Source: Saprolegnia diclina VS20 (Eukaryota). Taken from it: 28,990 nt of DNA. The DNA is taken from NCBI RefSeq assembly GCF_000281045.1, contig NW_008246099.1:560514-589503 (forward strand). Reading direction: 5' to 3'. Positions 21,908 through 28,990 of this stretch are shown piece by piece (within the stretch, counting starts at the first letter, position 1; the number at the start of each line of letters is the position of its first letter). The translations under genes and the position numbers were made by a program. The notes under the pieces were generated by a model. It saw only the letters and a list, made by a program, of their open reading frames with translations. It ran no database searches and had not been told where the DNA came from.

Positions 21908-24900
21908 CTAGTCGTCGCGCTTCTTCTTCTTGGTGCGCTTGGCCTTGAGCGTCTGGGTCGGGACCGCTTCGTTGGCAAAGAGCTTGGAGACTTCGAGGCC
22001 CGACGTGAACGCAGAGTTGAACATGACGCGCTGCTGGAAGGAAGAGATGAAGGGCATGAACATAGCGACAAACAGAATCGGGCCAAACACGATCCAGCCG
22101 ACCGCGCGGTCGTAGAACTTGCCGAGCGCGTGGACGACGATGTGGCCGCTCTTGAGGCGCACGATCATCACTTGCACAAACCAGTAGGTCGCGACGACGA
22201 CGATGAGGCAGATCTCGACAACCTCCGTGACCGAGAGGTACAGGAACGAGAAGAGGACGAGGACCAGCACCGTGAACGAAATGTTGAACTTGATCTTGCG
22301 CAGCTTCTTCTGCTTCATCTGGCTCTTCTTCGTGAAGCGCGACGCGCAGTAGCCGCAGCACACGAGGAGGATCATGAGCACAAAGAGCGCACCGACGATT
22401 ATGTACGGCTTGTAATACTCGAGGACGCCGTCGTTCTTGTTGGTCGACACGACCTTGTTCTGGCTCTTGTAGAAGATGCGGTACATCATCTGGAGGTAGA
22501 GACCGATCGCGATGAGGAGGAAGCGCGTCTTGCGGATCATCTGCACAAAGCGCGCGCTCGCGGTCGAGTGCTCGAGGTACTCGAGCTCGGTCGTCCACCA
22601 GCCAAACCACGACTCGCTCGAGTCGTTCTTGGTCTGGAGCCAGTTTTGCCAGTCGTTGTAGTCCTCAATCACCTTGTCCCAGTCGAGGCCGCTCGGGTTG
22701 AAGAAGAACGGCGCCCACATCCACGTCGCCGCAATGAGCCAGAGCGAGTAACTCATGATGCCGTAGTTCTGGTTGGTCGGCAGCACGCAGCTCTGGTAAA
22801 AGTTGGCATAGCAGCGCGTGTTCCACTCGTACGGCAGCGGCTCAATGTTGTTGTAGAAGAGCTGGTCCGTGCGCCACGAGCAGTTGCACCACGAGAACGT
22901 CCCGTACGCGTAGAACAAGATGAGGAGGAACATGAGCTCGACGCCGCGGTAAAAGTGGCTGAACGCGTAGAAGCGGAAGAGCTCGGCAAACTTCTCGTGC
23001 TTGATCGTAAAGCCACGACCCGTGGCGCGGTACTTGGCGCCGCCGTGGATGAGCGTCCGGTCAAAGTAGTGCATACGGTTGCCCATTTGGAACGTGAAGA
23101 AGAGCGGACCGAGCGTGAGCACGTTCCAGAGGAGGTAGCTGAAGCCGTGACGGAAACCGCGCTCGACACCGACGACCGCAATGACGGGCACGACGAGGAG
23201 GAAGCCAAACTGCAGCGCCCACGAAGTGTTGAGCGCCCCCGAGATACCGAGACCACCGGTGCGGAGGTAGAACGCGTCGAGGCCCGAGAACGCAAAGTAG
23301 ATCTTGCCGTAGATGAAGAAGTAGACGCCAAAGACCGTCATCGTCTGCGTAAAGTACCACCCGAGGTTACCGTAGAACCACGACTGCAGGCGCCAAAAGT
23401 CAAGGCGGGAGCCCATGCGCATCGCGTCACGCGAGATGACGCACTCACCGGCACCGGACGAGAGCTTGGCCTCAAAGAGCGCGAGCTGCTGCATGCCGAC
23501 ATCACGACCCTTGCCCACTTGGATAAACTCCTCGTGCGAGACGCGGCCGCCGCGGAGCGTCGTGTTGAAGCCGGCGAAAATATCTTCCGAGAGGTTGACA
23601 CCCTTGGAGGCCTTGGCCGTGCCGCCCGTCGTCATCGCAAACATCTTGTCGAAAATATCCGGGTGACCGTAATGCTGGCGGACGTGGAAGAGAGCAAGCA
23701 TGCGCTGACCGAGCGAGACGAACGAAAGCTCCTGGATCTGCATGAACGACGCGAGGTTCGAGACGCCACCCGTAAAGACGTACTCGCGGAAGCCAATGAT
23801 CGTGAGCGGCGTCTTGGCGTGCTCCTTGCGATCGACGGTCGCGAGGAGGTTGGGCATCTTGAGGCACTCTTCGAGGTACCCGTCTTGGTTCATATCGATA
23901 CACTGGAGCATCTCGCCCCGCGTGAAAACAACAGCCTGGTTCTGGTTCTCGGGCTTGCCTTCGCCAATGATCGGGTCGCCAGGGAGCTCGATGCGGTACA
24001 CTTCCGTGATCTTGTCGCCTTGCGCGCGGATCAGCACGGAAAAGTACTTAGGCGGGCCGTCCTTGACCTTCTTAGGCCCGTCGACGTACGCGACGCGGAG
24101 CCCCGGGTGCTTCATCATGAGAAAATCAATGTCGGTGGCCTGCTGGCGCTGCTCGTCCTTCTGCCGACCGTAAATCTGGCACGCGCAGAGGTAGTTGAAC
24201 TTGAGCGCGACCATGTGCTCGAGGCGGATGCAGCGGTTGCACTCGCAGCCGGCCAAGTGCATCGGCTCGTTCTCGCCGATCTCGAGCCAGTGGAGGAACC
24301 GGATCGCCTCTTCGTTGTACATCATACCGCGCACGGTGCGGGCGAGCGTCTGACCGCGGTACGAGGCCCAGAGCTGGACTTCCTCCGGAAACTTCTTGAG
24401 CGCTTCGTGCATGTCCTTGCAGTTGATGCGCTCGAGGAAGTTCTCCCACTCGAACGGGTTGATCGTCTGCAGGTAGTAGAGCAGCTTGATGCAGTCGTCG
24501 TTCTGCGTCGTGAGGTCCTTGATCGAGTAGAGCACGATTTCGTTAAAGTACGGCGTCGAGATCGTGAGCGAGTGCATCTGACGCAGCGGCTTGGCCTCGG
24601 GCATCTCCATGAAGAGCGAGTTGGCGAAGAAGCGGAGGCGGCGCTGGCCTTCCTCCGACCGCGGCTCCGCGTCAAAGTTGTCAACCGTCAGCAGCTGATA
24701 GGCGCGCGAGATGATGTCCATGGCCGTCTGGTCGTTCACGATCTTCTGCAGCTGGACGCTCGCATAGTGCTGCGCGTCGCCAGGGAAGAAGAACGAGTTG
24801 GGCTTGAGCGGCGTGTCGTTGAGGATCTTGACGAGATTCTCTTGCTTGGAGAGCACCTTCTTGAGGCAGTTGATGACGGCCTCGACGTTGTCGATGACGT

Positions 24901-27688
24901 GGTAGAGCGACCGCTGAAACTTGATGCTCGCCTCGTTCGTCGACTTGGGCACCTCAAGGATCGACTTCATCAGGTCCGCGCACGCCGACCGGCACTGGTA
25001 CAAGTTGGAAAAGTTGAGCCCCGTCATCGCCTTCTTCGTCTGCACCGACTCTTCAATGAACGCAAAGCAGTCGTCGAGCTCCTTGTGCTCGTCGCCGAGG
25101 AGGAGGCGCACGACCTGCGACGAAAACTTGTACGAGCCCAGGATCGCTTCGATACGCAAATCGTCCTTGACGAGGCGCTCTGTCATCGACGTCTCGACCT
25201 TCTGCAGCGCCTTACCCTTCTTCTTGTCCGCCTTGAGCTTCTCGTACACAGCGTAGCACTCGGTGATAATGTCCAGCGACTCGTCGAGCTTGCCGGCCGT
25301 GAGGAAGGCCGGCGGGTACAGACGGCGCTCGGCCACGTCCTTGGTGTCGATGAGGTAGCTGAGCACGTTGAGCTCGCGGTCGCTGAGCACGTCGGCCTCG
25401 CGCATCGAGGTCAGGCACCGGTTCCACGCCATCGCAAACGGAATCGTGCGCTCAAACTCGGGCCCGGACACGCCCGTGATCGAGCCAATGTTGGAGCTGC
25501 GCGCAGAGTCTACCGGCGACGCGCCCGGCGTCTTGACCTCGTTGTAGCCGTCGTTCTCAAGCAGCGACGAGAACCCCTTGGCCGTGACAGTGAGCGGCTT
25601 GGAGCCTTCCGAGTACGAGACGCGCTCAAAGCGGCGCTCGGGCGCAGGCTCGTCGTTCTTAGCGCCCTTCTTCGGCTTCTTGGCCTTCTTCTTCTTGGCC
25701 GCGGCCTCAATCAAGTTCGAGACGATCTTCTTGTTGAACACTTTCGGGATCGACTTGAACGAGAGCCGGAGGATGCGGAAGGACCGGAGCTCGCCGATGC
25801 GGAGGTTGAAGCCGCGGATCGAGCCAAAGATGACCGAGAGAATCGCGTAGAAGATCTGCGCGTCGTAGAGGAACACCATGATGGCCGGCACCCAGAGGAA
25901 GAAGATGTACAGGATGTTGTGGTAGCTCTGCTGCACCATAAACTGCGACACTTGGAGGTAGTCGGCCGAGTTACTGAGCCAAATGAAGAGCGTCGTCTCG
26001 ACAAGGTTCTTGACCATGTAGTTGTAGTCGAAGAGCAGCTTGATGAAGAAGAGGAAGATCCAAAAGCACGTGTAGCGGCAGTACGCGCCAAACGGAACGG
26101 GCAGCGACCGACCGACAAAGCCAACGCCGACGCCCGAGAAGAGTCGCCCGAGGATCTCGCACGCAAAGACGAGCGCGACGCAACCCGCGCCGCCCAAGAA
26201 GATGAGAGCGCCCTTGTCGGGGCGATTGAAGTTGATGAGTTCAACAAACAGTTTGGGCAGCGTCGTCGGTAACTGCTTGATCTCGAGCCGGCACATGGCG
26301 CAGTTGAGCTGCCCGGGCAGCTTGTTCTCGTTGATGATCTTGAGAGCCGCGGCCTTGTACTTGGGGATGCACTTTGTCTGGTCGAATTCGATCGCCTTGA
26401 GCTTGTTGGGAGCGCTTTCCGGCTCGGGGATGTAGTTGACCGTGCCCTTCTGCGCCCAGCACGTCTCGATGAGCTCGAGGTAGCACGTACAGCGCCCCGA
26501 CTGCTTCTGGACGCAGTTGGTGAACGGAATGTCCTGCAGCAGCTGACGAAAGTCCACGGGCAAGTTGACGAGCGACGTGCCGGCGATGTAGCCGTTGACG
26601 CCGAGGCACGTCGCGAGCTTGGCGCCGTTGCACGTCTTGTTGGTGAACGTACCGGCCACAAGGTCCGATTCGGCGTCCGAGGTGCCCCGTTCAGCATTCT
26701 TTTGGTCCGAGTAAAACTTGCCAAAGACGTTGATGGTCGACGGCACCTGGTCGCCGTACATGATGGGCGAGTCGGGGCAGACAAGCACCATGTTGACGGC
26801 AAAGCCCACAGTCGCGAGGAAGAGCGCAAAGTTGAAGAGGAAGATGCGCCGGAACGACATGAGCGCGCGGCCCCACGTGCGGTTCTCGTTGAACGTCTTC
26901 TTGACAACCTTGGGGTTGCCCTTCTTGTCGGCGCTCGCAAAGGCTTCGCCAATGTTGTATGCGTTGTACTTGAGGCACTTCTTGGTCCAGAAGAACTCGT
27001 TAAAGTCGTCGTAGTTGCGAATGTGACGGTGCGCTGCGCGCGCGCCCTTGGACGTCTTCTTGTCGTTGTCCTTCTTGAGCTCCGCGTACATGGGCCGGAT
27101 GACCTTGTCGAGGTAGTCACCGGGCTCCTTGGCGCCGCCGCCGCCGCTCGCGGACGGGGCAAGCGTGTGGAAGAGGAAGCAGAGCAGCTCGGGCGTCTGA
27201 CGAAAGTTGCCAGCTTCGCCCCAAATGAGGAAGAAGAGCACAATGTCCGTGAGCGGCTCGCGCGTGAACGCGGGCTTCTTCCCGACGTACTTGGTCCACT
27301 TCTTGTAGTTATCAAAGAGCTTGGCGTGGAACTTAGTGATCGCCTTGTCCATGAGCTGCATGTCGCGTGCCGGGTCGCGCGGGTACTGCGTCGGCGGCTG
27401 CTCGCCTCGCGCCTTCGGGTCCGGCACGTCTTGGTACTCTTTCCAGTTGGTCAAGAGGAGCGTCAAATGCTCGCGCTGGTTGATGACGTTGCCTTCCTGG
27501 AAGCCAAACGCGTTCTTGAGCGACTCGAAGACGTCGCCACCCGGTCCGCTACGTAGCATGTTCATACATGCATATCCTGGTCGCATCGGTCGTACCTCGC
27601 AAACTTTTGCATGACGGACGAGTACATCTGCGGCAGGTTGTCCATGTCGAGGATGTTGAACTTGGTCGGCGCGCGCTTGTTGTTGGCC
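21908..27688 (-). CDS. 1,3-beta-glucan synthase / callose synthase (GT48, FKS1-like); 5' end truncated by the assembly gap
   Basis: A 5.6-kb exon (21908-27548), a 47-nt intron (27549-27595) and a partial upstream exon. Motifs: FGFQEGNVINQREHL, LIWGEAGNFRQTPELLCF, RNYDDFNEFFW, RRLRFFANSL, QLWASYRGQTLARTVRGMMY, GEGKPENQN, IDMNQDGYLEE, HYGHPDIFD, NLSEDIFAG, QVGKGRDVG, GGAKYRATGRGF. Confidence 0.97.
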   Translation of the reverse strand, partial: GQQQARADQVQHPRHGQPAADVLVRHAKVCEVRPMRPGYACMNMLRSGPGGDVFESLKNAFGFQEGNVINQREHLTLLLTNWKEYQDVPDPKARGEQPPTQYPRDPARDMQLMDKAITKFHAKLFDNYKKWTKYVGKKPAFTREPLTDIVLFFLIWGEAGNFRQTPELLCFLFHTLAPSASGGGGAKEPGDYLDKVIRPMYAELKKDNDKKTSKGARAAHRHIRNYDDFNEFFWTKKCLKYNAYNIGEAFASADKKGNPKVVKKTFNENRTWGRALMSFRRIFLFNFALFLATVGFAVNMVLVCPDSPIMYGDQVPSTINVFGKFYSDQKNAERGTSDAESDLVAGTFTNKTCNGAKLATCLGVNGYIAGTSLVNLPVDFRQLLQDIPFTNCVQKQSGRCTCYLELIETCWAQKGTVNYIPEPESAPNKLKAIEFDQTKCIPKYKAAALKIINENKLPGQLNCAMCRLEIKQLPTTLPKLFVELINFNRPDKGALIFLGGAGCVALVFACEILGRLFSGVGVGFVGRSLPVPFGAYCRYTCFWIFLFFIKLLFDYNYMVKNLVETTLFIWLSNSADYLQVSQFMVQQSYHNILYIFFLWVPAIMVFLYDAQIFYAILSVIFGSIRGFNLRIGELRSFRILRLSFKSIPKVFNKKIVSNLIEAAAKKKKAKKPKKGAKNDEPAPERRFERVSYSEGSKPLTVTAKGFSSLLENDGYNEVKTPGASPVDSARSSNIGSITGVSGPEFERTIPFAMAWNRCLTSMREADVLSDRELNVLSYLIDTKDVAERRLYPPAFLTAGKLDESLDIITECYAVYEKLKADKKKGKALQKVETSMTERLVKDDLRIEAILGSYKFSSQVVRLLLGDEHKELDDCFAFIEESVQTKKAMTGLNFSNLYQCRSACADLMKSILEVPKSTNEASIKFQRSLYHVIDNVEAVINCLKKVLSKQENLVKILNDTPLKPNSFFFPGDAQHYASVQLQKIVNDQTAMDIISRAYQLLTVDNFDAEPRSEEGQRRLRFFANSLFMEMPEAKPLRQMHSLTISTPYFNEIVLYSIKDLTTQNDDCIKLLYYLQTINPFEWENFLERINCKDMHEALKKFPEEVQLWASYRGQTLARTVRGMMYNEEAIRFLHWLEIGENEPMHLAGCECNRCIRLEHMVALKFNYLCACQIYGRQKDEQRQQATDIDFLMMKHPGLRVAYVDGPKKVKDGPPKYFSVLIRAQGDKITEVYRIELPGDPIIGEGKPENQNQAVVFTRGEMLQCIDMNQDGYLEECLKMPNLLATVDRKEHAKTPLTIIGFREYVFTGGVSNLASFMQIQELSFVSLGQRMLALFHVRQHYGHPDIFDKMFAMTTGGTAKASKGVNLSEDIFAGFNTTLRGGRVSHEEFIQVGKGRDVGMQQLALFEAKLSSGAGECVISRDAMRMGSRLDFWRLQSWFYGNLGWYFTQTMTVFGVYFFIYGKIYFAFSGLDAFYLRTGGLGISGALNTSWALQFGFLLVVPVIAVVGVERGFRHGFSYLLWNVLTLGPLFFTFQMGNRMHYFDRTLIHGGAKYRATGRGFTIKHEKFAELFRFYAFSHFYRGVELMFLLILFYAYGTFSWCNCSWRTDQLFYNNIEPLPYEWNTRCYANFYQSCVLPTNQNYGIMSYSLWLIAATWMWAPFFFNPSGLDWDKVIEDYNDWQNWLQTKNDSSESWFGWWTTELEYLEHSTASARFVQMIRKTRFLLIAIGLYLQMMYRIFYKSQNKVVSTNKNDGVLEYYKPYIIVGALFVLMILLVCCGYCASRFTKKSQMKQKKLRKIKFNISFTVLVLVLFSFLYLSVTEVVEICLIVVVATYWFVQVMIVRLKSGHIVVHALGKFYDRAVGWIVFGPILFVAMFMPFISSFQQRVMFNSAFTSGLEVSKLFANEAVPTQTLKAKRTKKKKRDD

Positions 27689-28443
27689 NNNNNNNNNNNN
27701 NNNNNNNNNNNNNNNNNNNNNNNNNNNNNNNNNNNNNNNNNNNNNNNNNNNNNNNNNNNNNNNNNNNNNNNNNNNNNNNNNNNNNNNNNNNNNNNNNNNN
27801 NNNNNNNNNNNNNNNNNNNNNNNNNNNNNNNNNNNNNNNNNNNNNNNNNNNNNNNNNNNNNNNNNNNNNNNNNNNNNNNNNNNNNNNNNNNNNNNNNNNN
27901 NNNNNNNNNNNNNNNNNNNNNNNNNNNNNNNNNNNNNNNNNNNNNNNNNNNNNNNNNNNNNNNNNNNNNNNNNNNNNNNNNNNNNNNNNNNNNNNNNNNN
28001 NNNNNNNNNNNNNNNNNNNNNNNNNNNNNNNNNNNNNNNNNNNNNNNNNNNNNNNNNNNNNNNNNNNNNNNNNNNNNNNNNNNNNNNNNNNNNNNNNNNN
28101 NNNNNNNNNNNNNNNNNNNNNNNNNNNNNNNNNNNNNNNNNNNNNNNNNNNNNNNNNNNNNNNNNNNNNNNNNNNNNNNNNNNNNNNNNNNNNNNNNNNN
28201 NNNNNNNNNNNNNNNNNNNNNNNNNNNNNNNNNNNNNNNNNNNNNNNNNNNNNNNNNNNNNNNNNNNNNNNNNNNNNNNNNNNNNNNNNNNNNNNNNNNN
28301 NNNNNNNNNNNNNNNNNNNNNNNNNNNNNNNNNNNNNNNNNNNNNNNNNNNNNNNNNNNNNNNNNNNNNNNNNNNNNNNNNNNNNNNNNNNNNNNNNNNN
28401 NNNNNNNNNNNNNNNNNNNNNNNNNNNNNNNNNNNNNNNNNNN
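27689..28443. other. Scaffold gap (755 N)
   Basis: Run of N characters. Confidence 1.
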
Positions 28444-28575
28444 GCCGAGAACGACGACGCGATCAAGCTGCTCTACTATCTCCAGACGATCAACCCGTTT
28501 GAGTGGGAGAACTTCCTCGAGCGCATCCACTGCAAGGACATGCACGAAGCGCTCAAAAAATGCCGGCCTGTGTGA
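28444..28575 (+). pseudogene. Fragment of a paralogous GT48 glucan synthase, inverted relative to the main gene (pseudogene relic or misassembled piece)
   Basis: AENDDAIKLLYYLQTINPFEWENFLERIHCKDMHEALKK versus TQNDDCIKLLYYLQTINPFEWENFLERINCKDMHEALKK (encoded at 24392-24508, minus strand): 35/39 aa identical with several synonymous changes. Similarity stops abruptly at 28560; TGA at 28573-28575. Confidence 0.7.
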
Positions 28576-28783
28576 CACATGCGAAAATCGAACGACGACA
28601 GAACTTCGACGTGCGCCGTAAGTTCGATTCAGAGGTGCGATTAAGTGCGTTCCCGATTGTCTTAAGTGCGAGGTCACAGTACCGTGCGCGTGTCCGGATA
28701 TCGTATCCGGCAACGCGATCTTGAAGCGGTGCGTCGAACAACACGCGTGGCATCGAAGGATCGGAGATTGGAATTCGCGGCCC

Positions 28784-28990
28784 ATGGGACGGACGAAGAC
28801 GGGCGAAGGAGAAGAAGGCAGCCTCGAGATGCAGAAGGAGCTCTGCGACGAGGGCATGGCGCTCGTCAATGCAGGCGTCGCGCTCCAGAACGCCGGCGAC
28901 GCCGACGGCGCCGAGCGGGACTTTGCCCGCGCCGTCGAACTCATGGAGCGAGCGCTCGTGGTAGAGCGACCGCTGAAACTTGATGCTCGC
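28784..28990 (+). CDS. 5' start of a protein with a MIT/TPR-like helical domain (partial, probably chimeric after ~28957)
   Basis: MGRTKTGEGEEGSLEMQKELCDEGMALVNAGVALQNAGDADGAERDFARAVELMERALVVE has typical codon bias and the A...v..A...d..G....A...y..a...l...l pattern of MIT domains. It is absent from the ORF track because it has no stop in the window. Confidence 0.55.
   Translation, partial: MGRTKTGEGEEGSLEMQKELCDEGMALVNAGVALQNAGDADGAERDFARAVELMERALVVERPLKLDAR
28957..28990 (+). repeat. Exact 34-bp direct copy of 24898-24931 (internal glucan synthase sequence), running to the window end
   Basis: CGTGGTAGAGCGACCGCTGAAACTTGATGCTCGC occurs at both positions; the bases immediately upstream differ. 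Confidence 0.9.

Noticed and set aside
22130..26272. 1,380-aa ORF on the + strand
   Set aside because: Antisense shadow of the glucan synthase. Strong C/G third-position bias removes stops on the opposite strand, and the translation has no domain features.
27549..28944. Long ORFs containing X runs
   Set aside because: Artefacts of translating through the N gap.
1..28990. Alternative genetic code, programmed frameshifts or pseudogenisation as an explanation for the fragmented ORFs; CRISPR, tRNA or rRNA
   Set aside because: All frame breaks in the main genes resolve as short spliceosomal introns. No repeat-spacer array or structural RNA gene was recognised.

Overview
Gene-dense, GC-rich eukaryotic draft-assembly DNA, most likely an oomycete of the Saprolegniales type. 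This taxon call is inferred from the very short (~39-59 nt) GT-AG introns, a GT48 glucan synthase and a ciliary KATNIP gene. Splicing the ORF fragments by hand gives eight genes: a CARMIL-like PH+LRR gene (-, runs off the left edge), a ~1,620-aa multidomain protein kinase (+), a small S/P-rich ORF (-), KATNIP/KIAA0556 (+), ABCE1/RLI1 (-), CENP-C/Mif2 (+), a HAD-like protein (-) and a 1,3-beta-glucan (callose) synthase (-, 5' end lost in a 755-N gap). Beyond the gap is a mosaic of an inverted paralogous glucan-synthase fragment, the start of a MIT-like ORF and an exact 34-bp copy of the glucan synthase, probably a chimeric assembly. The most notable signal is a 66-nt AT-AC minor-spliceosome (U12-type) intron in the CARMIL-like gene, with ATATCCTTTT donor, TTCCTTGAC branch site and AC acceptor. 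Other points of interest: seven consecutive phase-1 introns and a fungal-type Mif2 N-terminal motif in CENP-C, a kinase carrying a pseudo-phosphatase and a Cys-rich zinc-like domain, and a 10-Cys loop in the glucan synthase.
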